From: Eledone cirrhosa
Taxonomy: Eukaryota
DNA length: 64,000 nucleotides
NCBI GenBank assembly: GCA_964016885.1
Contig: OZ024752.1
Location: 18,414,001-18,478,000, forward strand
Direction of reading: 5' to 3'
Numbering within the stretch: position 1 is the stretch's first letter; each line of letters starts with the position of its first letter. A program made the position numbers and the translations under genes. Shown in pieces: positions 11,101-26,100 of this stretch. Under the pieces are notes generated by a model. It searched no databases and was not told the origin of the DNA. It was given only the letters and a program-made list of their open reading frames with translations.

Positions 11101-14100
11101 ACTGTGGAACTAGTACCATCTTTGACTATCAACACACCAACTGTGGAACTAGTACCAACTTTGAATATCAACACACCAACTGTAGAACTAGGACCAACTT
11201 TGAATATCAACACACCAACTGTGGAACTAGTATCAACTTTGAATATCAACACACGAACTGTGGAACTAGTACCAACTTTGACAATCAACACACGGACTGT
11301 GGAACTAGTATCAACTCCGACTATTAATACACCAACTGTGGAACTAGTACCAACTTTCACTATCAACACACCAACTGTGGAACTAGTACCAACTTTGACT
11401 ATCAACACACCAATTGTGGAACTAGTACCAACTTTGACTATCGACACACTGTGGAACTAGTACCATCTTTGACTATCAACACGCGGACTGTGTAATTAGT
11501 ACCAACTTTGACTTTCAACATACGAACAGTGGCACTAGTACCAACTTTGACTATCAACACAAGGACTGTGGAACTAGTACCAACTTTGACTATCAACACA
11601 CCAACTATGGAACTAGTACCAACTTTGACTATCAACACACAAACTGCGGAACTAGTACCAACTTTGACTATGAACACACCAACTGTGGAACTAGTACCAA
11701 CTTTGACTATCGACACACGAACTGTGGAACTAGTAGCAACTTTGACTATCGACACACGAACTGTGGAACTAGTACCAACTTTGAATATCAACACACCAAC
11801 TGTGGAACTAGTACCAACTTTGACTATAAACACACCAACTGTGGAACTAGTACCAACTTTGAATATTAACACACCAACTGTGGAACTAGTACCAACTTTG
11901 ACTATCAACACACCAACTGTGGAATTAGTACCAACTTTGACTATCAACACACCAACTGTGGAACTAGTACCAACTTTGAGTATCAACACACCAACTGTGG
12001 AACTAGTACCAACTTTGATTATCGACACACTGTGGAACTACTACCAACTTTGAATATCAACACACCAACTGTGGAACTAGTACCAACTTTGACTATCAAC
12101 ACACGGACTGTGGAACTAGTACTAAATTTGACTATCAACACACCAACTGTGGAACTAGGACCAACTTTGACTATCAACACACCAACTGTGGAACTAGTAC
12201 CAACTTTGAATATCAACACACCAACTGTGGAACTAGTACCAACTTTGACTATGAACACACGAACAGTGGCACTTGTATCAACTCTGACTATCAACACACC
12301 AACTGTGGAACTAGTACCAACTTTGACTATCAACACACGAACTGTGGAACTAGTACCAACTACGACTATCAACACACCAACTGTGGAACTAGTACCAACT
12401 TTGACTATCAACACACGGACTGTGGAACTAGTACGGACTTTGACTATCAACGCACGAACTGTGGAACTAGTACCAACTACGACTATCAACACACAATCTG
12501 TGGAACTAGTACCAACTTTGACTATGAACACACCAACTGTGGAACTAGTACTAAATTTGATTATCAACACACCAACTGTGGAACTAGTACCAACTTTGAC
12601 TATAAACACACCAACTGTGGAACTAGTACCAAATTTGAATATCAACTCACCAACTGTGGAACTAGAACCAACTTTGAATATCAACACACCAACTGTGGAA
12701 CTAGTACCAACTTTGAATATCAACACACCATCTGTGGAACTAGTACCAACTTTGAATATCAACACACCAACTGTGGAACTAGTACGGACTTTGACTATAA
12801 ACACACCAACTGTGGAACTAGTACCAACTTTGACTATCAACACACCAACTGTGGAACTAGTACCAACTTTGACTATCGACACACTGTGGAACTAGTACCA
12901 TCTTTGACTATCAACACACCAACTGTGGAATTAGTACGGACTTTGACTATAAACACACCAACTGTGGAACTAGTACCAACTTTGACTATCAACACACCAA
13001 CTGTGGAACTAGTACCAACTTTGACTATCAACACACCAACTGTGGAACTAGTACCAACTTTGACTATCGACACACTGTGGAACTAGTACCAACTTTGGCT
13101 ATCAACACACGAACAGTGGAACGATTACCAACTTTGACTATCAACACACGGACTGTGGAACTAGTACCAACTTTGACTATCAACACACCAACTGTGGAAC
13201 TAGGACCAACTTTGAATATCAACACACCAACTGTGGAACTAGTACCAACTTTGACTATCAACACACGAACTGTGGAACTAGTACCAACTTTGACTATCAA
13301 CACACGAACTGTGGAACTAGTACCAACTTTGACTATCAACACACCAACTGTGGAACTAATACCAACTTTCACTATCAACACAGGAACTGTGGAACTAGTA
13401 TCAACTCAGACTATTAATACACCAACTGTGGAACTAGTACCAACTTTCACTATCAACACACCAACTGTGGAACTAGTACCAACTTTGACTATCGACACAC
13501 TGTGGAACTAGTACCATCTTTGACTATCAACACGCGGACGGTGGAATTAGTACCAACTTTGACTATCAACACACGAACAGTGGCACTAGTACCAACTTTG
13601 ACTATCAAGACAAGGACTGTGGAACTAGTACCAACTTTGACTATCAACACACCAACTATGGAACTAGTACCAACTTTGACTATCAACACACAAACTGCGG
13701 AACTAGTACCAACTTTGACTATGAACACACCAACTGTGGAACTAGTACCAACTTTGAATATCAACACACCAACTGTGGAACTAGTACCAACTTTGACTAT
13801 CGACACACTGTGGAACTAGTACCATCTTTGACTATCAACACACGGACTGTGGAATTAGTACCAACTTTGACTATCAACACACGGACTGTGGAACTAGTAC
13901 CAACTTTGACTATCAACACACGAACTGTGGAACTAGTACCAACTACGACTATCAACACACCAACTGTGGAACTAGTACCAACTTTGACTATCAACACACG
14001 GACTGTGGAACTAGTACGGACTTTGACTATCAACGCACGAACTGTGGAACTAGTACCAACTACGACTATCAACACACAATCTGTGGAACTAGTATCAACT

Positions 14101-17100
14101 TTGACTATGAACACACCAACTGTGGAACTAGTACTAAATTTGATTATCAACACACCAACTGTGGAACTAGTACCAACTTTGACTATAAACACACCAACTG
14201 TGGAACTAGTACCAAATTTGAATATCAACTCACCAACTGTGGAACTAGAACCAACTTTGAATATCAACACACCAACTGTGGAACTAGTACCAACTTTGAA
14301 TATCAACACACCATCTGTGGAACTAGTACCAACTTTGAATATCAACACACCAACTGTGGAACTAGTACGGACTTTGACTATAAACACACCAACTGTGGAA
14401 CTAGTACCAACTTTGACTATCAACACACCAACTGTGGAACTAGTACCAACTTTGACTATCGACACACTGTGGAACTAGTACCATCTTTGACTATCAACAC
14501 ACCAACTGTGGAATTAGTACGGACTTTGACTATAAACACACCAACTGTGGAACTAGTACCAACTTTGACTATCAACACACCAACTGTGGAACTAGTACCA
14601 ACTTTGACTATCAACACACCAACTGTGGAACTAGTACCAACTTTGACTATCGACACACTGTGGAACTAGTACCAACTTTGGCTATCAACACACGAACAGT
14701 GGAACGATTACCAACTTTGACTATCAACACACGGACTGTGGAACTAGTACCAACTTTGACTATCAACACACCAACTGTGGAACTAGGACCAACTTTGAAT
14801 ATCAACACACCAACTGTGGAACTAGTACCAACTTTGACTATCAACACACGAACTGTGGAACTAGTACCAACTTTGACTATGAACACACGAACTGTGGAAC
14901 TAGTACCAACTTTGACTATCAACACACCAACTGTGGAACTAATACCAACTTTCACTATCAACACAGGAACTGTGGAACTAGTATCAACTCAGACTATTAA
15001 TACACCAACTGTGGAACTAGTACCAACTTTCACTATCAACACACCAACTGTGGAACTAGTACCAACTTTGACTATCGACACACTGTGGAACTAGTACCAT
15101 CTTTGACTATCAACACGCGGACGGTGGAATTAGTACCAACTTTGACTATCAACACACGAACAGTGGCACTAGTACCAACTTTGACTATCAAGACAAGGAC
15201 TGTGGAACTAGTACCAACTTTGACTATCAACACACCAACTATGGAACTAGTACCAACTTTGACTATCAACACACAAACTGCGGAACTAGTACCAACTTTG
15301 ACTATGAACACACCAACTGTGGAACTAGTACCAACTTTGAATATCAACACACCAACTGTGGAACTAGTACCAACTTTGACTATCGACACACTGTGGAACT
15401 AGTACCATCTTTGACTATCAACACACGGACTGTGGAATTAGTACCAACTTTGACTATCAACACACGGACTGTGGAACTAGTACCAACTTTGACTATCAAC
15501 ACACCAACTATGGAAACTAGTACCAACTTTGACTATCAACACACCAACTGTGGAACTAGTACCAACTTTGAATATCGACACACGAACTGTGGAACTAGTA
15601 CCAACTTTGTCTATCGACACACGAAATGTGGAACTAGTACTAAATTTGACTATCAACACACCAACTGTGGAACTAGTACCAACTTTGAATATCAACACAC
15701 CAACTGTGGAAATAGTACCAACTTTGACTATCAACACACGAACTGTGGAACTAGTACCAACTTTGAATATCAACACACTAACTGTGGAACTAGTACCAAC
15801 TTTGACTATCAAGACAAGGACTGTGGAACTAGTACCAACTTTGACTATCAACACACCAACTATGGAACTAGTACCAACTTTGACTATCAACACACAAACT
15901 GCGGAACTAGTACCAACTTTGACTATGAACACACCAACTGTGGAATTGTACCAACTTTGAATATCAACACACCAACTGTGGAACTAGTACCAACTTTGAC
16001 TATCGACACACTGTGGAACTAGTACCATCTTTGACTATCAACACACGGACTGTGGAATTAGTACCAACTTTGACTATCAACACACGAACAGTGGCACGAT
16101 TACCAACTTTGACTATCAACACACGGACTGTGGAACTAGTACCAACTTTGACTATCAACACACCAACTGTGGAACTAGTACCAACTTTGACTATCGACAC
16201 ACGAACTGTGGAACTAGTACCAATTTTGACTATCGACACACGAACTGTGGAACTAGTACCAACTTTGACTATCAACACACCAACTGTGGAACTAGTACTA
16301 AATTTGACTATCAACACACCAACTATGGAACTAGTACCAACTACGACTATCAACACACAATCTGTGGAACTAGTACCAACTTTGAATATCAACACACCAA
16401 CTGTGGAACTAGTACCAACTTTGAATATCAACACACCTACTGTGGCACTAGTATCAACTCCGACTAACAACACACCAACTGTGGAACTAGTACCAACTTT
16501 GACTATCAACACACCAACTGTGGAACTAGTACCAACTACGACTATCAACACACCAACTGTGGAACTAGTACCAACTTTGACTATCAACACACGGACTGTG
16601 GAACTAGTACGGACTTTGACTATCAACACACCAACTGTGGAACTAGTACCAACTTTGACTATCAACACACCAACTGTGGAAATAGTACCAACTTTGACTA
16701 TCAATACACCAACTGTGGAACTAGTATCAACTCCGACTATCAACACACCAACTGTGGAACTAGTACCAACTACAACTATCAACACACCAATTGTGGAACT
16801 AGTACCAACTTTGAATATCAACACACCAACTGTGGAACTAGTACCATCTTTGACTATCAACACACCAACTGTGGAACTAGTACCAACTTTGAATATCAAC
16901 ACACCAACTGTGGAACTAGGACCAACTTTGAATATCAACACACCAACTGTGGAACTAGTACCAACTTTGAATATCAACACACGAACTGTGGACCTAGTAC
17001 CAACTTTGACTATCAACACACGGACTGTGGAACTAGTATCAACTCCGACTATTAATACACCAACTGTGGAACTAGTACCAACTTTCACTATCAACACACC

Positions 17101-20100
17101 AATTGTGGAACTAGTACCAACTTTGACTATCGACACACTGTGGAACTAGTACCATCTTTGACTATCAACACGCGGACTGTGGAATTAGTACCAACTTTGA
17201 CTTTCAACACACGAACAGTGGCACTAGTACCAACTTTGACTATCAACACGAGGACTGTGGAACTAGTACCAACTTTGACTATCAACACACAAACTGCGGA
17301 ACTAGTACCAACTTTGACTATGAACACACCAACTGTGGAACTAGTAGCAACTTTGACTATCGACACACGAACTGTGGAACTAGTACCAACTTTGACTATC
17401 AACACACGGACTGTGGAACTAGTACTAAATTTGATTATCAACACACCAACTGTGGAACTAGTACCAACTTTGACTATAAACACACCAACTGTGGAACTAG
17501 TACCAACTTTGAATATCAACTCACCAACTGTGGAACTAGTACCAACTTTGAATATCAACACACCAACTGTGGAACTAGTACCAACTTTGAATATCAACAC
17601 ACCATCTGTGGAACTAGTACCAACTTTGAATATCAACACACCAACTGTGGAACTAGTACGGACTTTGACTATAAACACACCAACTGTGGAACTAGTACCA
17701 ACTTTGACTATCAACACACCAACTGTGGAACTAGTACCAACTTTGACTATCGACACACTGTGGAACTAGTACCATCTTTGACTATCAACACACCAACTGT
17801 GGAATTAGTACCAACTTTGGCTATCAACACACGAACAGTGGAACGATTACCAACTTTGACTATCAACACACGGACTGTGGAACTAGTATCAACTCCGACT
17901 ATTAATACACCAACTGTGGAACTAGTACCAACTTTCACTATCAACACACCAACTGTGGAACTACTACCAACTTTGACTATCAACACACCAACTGTGGAAC
18001 TAGTACCAACTTTGACTATCGACACACTGTGGAACTAGTACCATCTTTGACTATCAACACGCGGACGGTGGAATTAGTACCAACTTTGACTATCAACACA
18101 CGAACAGTGGCACTAGTACCAACTTTGACTATCAAGACAAGGACTGTGGAACTAGTACCAACTTTGACTATCAACACACCAACTATGGAACTAGTACCAA
18201 CTTTGACTATCAACACACAAACTGCGGAACTAGTACCAACTTTGACTATGAACACACCAACTGTGGAACTAGTACCAACTTTGAATATCAACATACCAAC
18301 TGTGGAACTAGTACCAACTTTGACTATCGACACACCCTGGAACTAGTACCATCTTTGACTATCAACACACGGACTGTGGAATTAGTACCAACTTTGACTA
18401 TCAACACACGAACAGTGGCACGATTACCAACTTTGACTATCAACACACGGACTGTGGAACTAGTACCAACTTTGACTATCAACACACCAACTATGGAACT
18501 AGTACCAACTTTGACTATCAACACACCAACTGTGGAACTAGTACCAACTTTGACTATCGACACACGAACTGTGGAACTAGTACCAACTTTATCTATCGAC
18601 ACACGAACTGTGGAACTAGTACCAACTTTGACTATCAACACACGGACTGTGGAACTAGTACTAAATTTGACTATCAACACACCAACTGTGGAACTAGTAC
18701 CAACTTTGAATATCAACAGACCAACTGTGGAACTAGTACCAACTTTGACTATCAACACACGAACTGTGGAACTAGTACCAACTTTGAATATCAACACACT
18801 AACTGTGGAACTAGTACCAACTTTGACTATCAACACACGAAATGTGGAACTAGTACCAACTTTGACTATCAACACACCAACTGTGGAACCAGTACCAACT
18901 TTGAATATCAACACACCAACTGTGGAACTAGTATCAACATTGACTATCAACACACCAACTGTGGAAATAGTACCAACTTTGACTATCAACACACCAACTG
19001 TGGAACTAGTACCAACTTTGAATATCAACACACCAACTGTGGAACTAGTACCAACTTTGACTATCAACACACCAACTGTGGAACTAGTACCAAATTTGAC
19101 TATCAAGACACCAACTGTGGAAATAGTACCAACTTTGAATATCAACACACCAACTGTGGAACTAGTACCAACTTTGACTATCAACACACGAACAGTGGCA
19201 CTTGTATCAACTCTGACTATCAACACACCAACTGTGGAACTAGTACCAACTTTGACTATCAACACACGAACTGTGGAACTAGTACCAACTACGACTATCA
19301 ACACACCAACTGTGGAACTAGTACCAACTTTGACTATCAACACACGGACTGTGGAACTAGCACGGACTTTGACTATCAACACACGAACTGTGGAACTAGT
19401 ACCAACTACGACTATCAACAGACCAACTGTGGAACTAGTACCAACTTTGACTATCAACACACCAACTTTTGAACTAGTACCAACTTTCACTATCAACACA
19501 CCAACTGTGGAACTAGTACCAACTACGACTATCAACACACCAACTGAGGAACTAGTACCAACTCTGACTATCAACACACGGACTGTGGAACTAGTACGGA
19601 CTTTGACTATCAACACACCAACTGTGGAACTAGTACCAACTTTGACTATCAACACACGAACTGTGGAACTAGTACCAACTACGACTATCAACACACCAAC
19701 AGTGGAACTAGTATCAACTTTGACTATCAACACACGAACTGTGGAACTAGTACCAACTTTGACTATCAACACACGAACAGTGGCACTAGTATCAACTCCG
19801 ACTATCAACATACCAACTGTGGAACTAGTACCAACTTTGACTATCAACACACCAACTGTGGAACTAGTACCAACTCCGACTATCAACACACGAACAGTGG
19901 CACTAATACCAACTTTGACTATCAACACACCAACTGTGGAACTTGTACCCACTTTGACTATCAACACACCAACTGTGGAAATAGTACCAACTTTGACTAT
20001 CGACACACTGTGGAACTAGTACCATCTTTGACTATCAACACGCGGACTGTGGAATTAGTACCAACTTTGACTATCAACACACGAACAGTGGCACTAGTAC

Positions 20101-23100
20101 CAACTTTGACTATCAAGACAAGGACTGTGGAACTACTACCAACTTTGACTATCAACACACCAACTATGGAACTAGTACCAACTTTGACTATCAACACACC
20201 AACTGTGGAACTAGTACCAACTTTGACTATCGACACACGAACTGTGGAACTAGTACCAACTTTGTCTATCGACACACGAACTGTGGAACTAGTACCAACT
20301 TTGACTATCGACACACGAACTGTGGAACTAGTACCAACTTTGACTATCAACACACGGACTGTGGAACTAGTACTAAATTTGACTATCAACACACCAACTG
20401 TGGAACTAGTACCAACTTTGAATATCAACAGACCAACTGTGGAACTAGTACCAACTTTGACTATCAACACACGAACTGTGGAACTAGTACCAACTTTGAC
20501 TATCAACACACCAACTGTGGAACCAGTACCAACTTTGAATATCAACACACCAACTGTGGAACTAGTATCAACATTGACTATCAACACACCAACTGTGCAA
20601 ATAGTACCAACTTTGAATATCAACACACCAACTGTGGAACTAGTACCAACTTTGAATATCAACACACCAACTGTGGAACTAGTACCAACTTTGACTATCA
20701 ACACACGAACAGTGGCACTTGTATCAACTCTGACTATCAACACACGGACTGTGGAACTAGTACTAAATTTGATTATCAACACACCAACTGTGGAACTAGT
20801 ACCAACTTTGACTATAAACACACCAACTGTGGAACTAGTACCAACTTTGAATATCAACTCACCAACTGTGGAACTAGTACCAACTTTGAATATCAACACA
20901 CCAACTGTGGAACTAGTACCAACTTTGAATATCAACACACCATCTGTGGAACTAGTACCAACTTTGAATATCAACACACCAACTGTGGAACTAGTACGGA
21001 CTTTGACTATAAACACACCAACTGTGGAACTAGTACCAACTTTGACTATCAACACACCAACTGTGGAACTAGTACCAACTTTGACTATCGACACACTGTG
21101 GAACTAGTACCATCTTTGACTATCAACACACCAACTGTGGAATTAGTACCAACTTTGGCTATCAACACACGAACAGTGGAACGATTACCAACTTTGACTA
21201 TCAACACACGGACTGTGGAACTAGTATCAACTCCGACTATTAATACACCAACTGTGGAACTAGTACCAACTTTCACTATCAACACACCAACTGTGGAACT
21301 ACTACCAACTTTGACTATCAACACACCAACTGTGGAACTAGTACCAACTTTGACTATCGACACACTGTGGAACTAGTACCATCTTTGACTATCAACACGC
21401 GGACGGTGGAATTAGTACCAACTTTGACTATCAACACACGAACAGTGGCACTAGTACCAACTTTGACTATCAAGACAAGGACTGTGGAACTAGTACCAAC
21501 TTTGACTATCAACACACCAACTATGGAACTAGTACCAACTTTGACTATCAACACACAAACTGCGGAACTAGTACCAACTTTGACTATGAACACACCAACT
21601 GTGGAACTAGTACCAACTTTGAATATCAACATACCAACTGTGGAACTAGTACCAACTTTGACTATCGACACACCCTGGAACTAGTACCATCTTTGACTAT
21701 CAACACACGGACTGTGGAATTAGTACCAACTTTGACTATCAACACACGAACAGTGGCACGATTACCAACTTTGACTATCAACACACGGACTGTGGAACTA
21801 GTACCAACTTTGACTATCAACACACCAACTATGGAACTAGTACCAACTTTGACTATCAACACACCAACTGTGGAACTAGTACCAACTTTGACTATCGACA
21901 CACGAACTGTGGAACTAGTACCAACTTTATCTATCGACACACGAACTGTGGAACTAGTACCAACTTTGACTATCAACACACGGACTGTGGAACTAGTACT
22001 AAATTTGACTATCAACACACCAACTGTGGAACTAGTACCAACTTTGAATATCAACAGACCAACTGTGGAACTAGTACCAACTTTGACTATCAACACACGA
22101 ACTGTGGAACTAGTACCAACTTTGAATATCAACACACTAACTGTGGAACTAGTACCAACTTTGACTATCAACACACGAAATGTGGAACTAGTACCAACTT
22201 TGACTATCAACACACCAACTGTGGAACCAGTACCAACTTTGAATATCAACACACCAACTGTGGAACTAGTATCAACCTTGACTATCAACACACCAACTGT
22301 GGAAATAGTACCAACTTTGACTATCAACACACCAACTGTGGAACTAGTACCAACTTTGAATATCAACACACCAACTGTGGAACTAGTACCAAATTTGACT
22401 ATCAACACACCAACTGTGGAAATAGTACCAACTTTGAATATCAACACACCAACTGTGGAACTAGTACCAACTTTGACTATCAACACACGAACAGTGGCAC
22501 TTGTATCAACTCTGACTATCAACACACCAACTGTGGAACTAGTACCAACTTTGACTATCAACACACGAACTGTGGAACTAGTACCAACTACGACTATCAA
22601 CACACCAACTGTGGAACTAGTACCAACTTTGACTATCAACACACGGACTGTGGAACTAGCACGGACTTTGACTATCAACACACGAACTGTGGAACTAGTA
22701 CCAACTACGACTATCAACAGACCAACTGTGGAACTAGTACCAACTTTGACTATCAACACACCAACTTTTGAACTAGTACCAACTTTCACTATCAACACAC
22801 CAACTGTGGAACTAGTACCAACTACGACTATCAACACACCAACTGAGGAACTAGTACCAACTCTGACTATCAACACACGGACTGTGGAACTAGTACGGAC
22901 TTTGACTATCAACACACCAACTGTGGAACTAGTACCAACTTTGACTATCAACACACGAACTGTGGAACTAGTACCAACTACGACTATCAACACACCAACA
23001 GTGGAACTAGTATCAACTTTGACTATCAACACACGAACTGTGGAACTAGTACCAACTTTGACTATCAACACACGAACAGTGGCACTAGTATCAACTCCGA

Positions 23101-26100
23101 CTATCAACATACCAACTGTGGAACTAGTACCAACTTTGACTATCAACACACCAACTGTGGAACTAGTACCAACTCCGACTATCAACACACGAACAGTGGC
23201 ACTAATACCAACTTTGACTATCAACACACCAACTGTGGAACTTGTACCCACTTTGACTATCAACACACCAACTGTGGAACTAGTACCAACTTTGACTATC
23301 GACACACTGTGGAACTAGTACCATCTTTGACTATCAACACGCGGACTGTGGAATTAGTACCAACTTTGACTATCAACACACGAACAGTGGCACTAGTACC
23401 AACTTTGACTATCAAGACAAGGACTGTGGAACTACTACCAACTTTGACTATCAACACACCAACTATGGAACTAGTACCAACTTTGACTATCAACACACCA
23501 ACTGTGGAACTAGTACCAACTTTGACTATCGACACACGAACTGTGGAACTAGTACCAACTTTGTCTATCGACACACGAACTGTGGAACTAGTACCAACTT
23601 TGACTATCGACACACGAACTGTGGAACTAGTACCAACTTTGACTATCAACACACGGACTGTGGAACTAGTACTAAATTTGACTATCAACACACCAACTGT
23701 GGAACTAGTACCAACTTTGAATATCAACAGACCAACTGTGGAACTAGTACCAACTTTGACTATCAACACACGAACTGTGGAACTAGTACCAACTTTGACT
23801 ATCAACACACCAACTGTGGAACCAGTACCAACTTTGAATATCAACACACCAACTGTGGAACTAGTATCAACATTGACTATCAACACACCAACTGTGCAAA
23901 TAGTACCAACTTTGAATATCAACACACCAACTGTGGAACTAGTACCAACTTTGAATATCAACACACCAACTGTGGAACTAGTACCAACTTTGACTATCAA
24001 CACACGAACAGTGGCACTTGTATCAACTCTGACTATCAACACACCAACTGTGGAACTAGTACCAACTTTGACTATCAACACACGAACTGTGGAACTAGTA
24101 CCAACTACGACTATCAACACACCAACTGTGGAACTAGTACCAACTTTGACTATCAACACACGGACTGTGGAACTAGTACGGACTTTGACTATCAACACAC
24201 GAACTGTGGAACTAGTACCAACTACGACTATCAACACACCAACTGTGGAACTAGTACCAACTACGACTATCAACACACAATCTGTGGAACTAGTACCAAC
24301 TTTGAATATCAACACACCAACTGTGGAACTAGTACCAACTTTGAATATCAACACACCAACTGTGGCACTAGTATCAACTCCGACTAACAACACACCAACT
24401 GTTGAACTAGTACCAACTTTGACTATCAACACACCAACTGTGGAACTAGTACCAACTACGACTATCAACACACCAACTGTGGAACTAGTACCAACTTTGA
24501 CTATCAACACACGGACTGTGGAACTAGTACGGACTTTGACTATCAACACACCAACTGTGGAACTAGTACCAACTTTGACTATCAACACACCAACTGTGGA
24601 AATAGTACCAACTTTGACTATCAATACACTAACTGTGGAACTAGTATCAACTCCGACTATCAACACACCAACTGTGGAACTAGTACCAACTACGACTATC
24701 AACACACCAACTGTGGAAATAGTACCAACTTTGACTATCAACACACGAACAGTGGCACTAGTATCAACTCCGTCTATCAACACACCAACTGTGGAACTAG
24801 TACCAACTTTGACTATCAACACACCAACTGTGGAACTAGTACCAACTTTGACTATGAACACACCAACTGTGGAACTAGTACCAACTTTCACTATCAACAC
24901 ACCAACTGTGGAACTAGTACCAACTTTGACTATCAACACACCAACTGTGGAACTAGTACCAACTTTGACTATCAACACACCAACTGTGGAACTAGTACCA
25001 ATTTTGACTATCAACACACCAACTGTGGAACTAGTACCAACTTTGACTATCAACAAACCAACTGTGGAACTAGTACCAACTTTGAATATCAACACACCAA
25101 CTGTGGCACTAGTATCAACTCCGACTAACAACACACCAACTGTGGAACTAGTACCAACTTTGACTATCAACACACCAACTGTGGAACTAGTACCAACTAC
25201 GACTATCAACACACCAACTGTGGAACTAGTACCAACTTTGACTATCAACACACGGACTGTGGAACTAGTACGGACTTTGACTATCAACACACCAACTGTG
25301 GAACTAGTACCAACTTTGACTATCTACACACCAACTGTGGAACTAGTACCAACTTTGACTATCAACACACCAACTGTGGAACTAGTACCAACTTTGACTA
25401 TCAACACACCAACTGTGGAACTAGTACCAATTTTGACTATCAACACACCAACTGTGGAACTAGTACCAACTACGACTATCAACACACCAACTGAGGAACT
25501 AGTACCAACTTTGACTATCAACACACGGACTGTGGAACTAGTACGGACTTTTTCTATCAAAACACCAACTGTGGAACTAGTACCAACTTTGACTATCAAC
25601 ACACCAACTGTGGAACCAGTACCAACTTTGAATATCAACACACCAACTGTGGAACTAGTATCAACATTGACTATCAACACACCAACTGTGGAAATAGTAC
25701 CAACTTTGACTATCAACACACCAACTGTGGAACTAGTACCAACTTTGAATATCAACACACCAACTGTGGAACTAGTACCAACTTTGACTATCAACACACC
25801 AACTGTGGAACTAGTACCAAATTTGACTATCAACACACCAACTGTGGAAATAGTACCAACTTTGAATATCAACACACCAACTGTGGAACTAGTAGCAACT
25901 TTGAATATCAACACACCAACTGTGGAACTAGTACCAACTTTGACTATCAACACACGAACAGTGGCACTTGTATCAACTCTGACTATCAACACACCAACTG
26001 TGGAACTAGTACCAACTTTGACTATCAACACACCAACTGTGGAACTAGTACCAACTTTGACTATCAACACACGGACTGTGGAACTAGTACAGACTTTGAC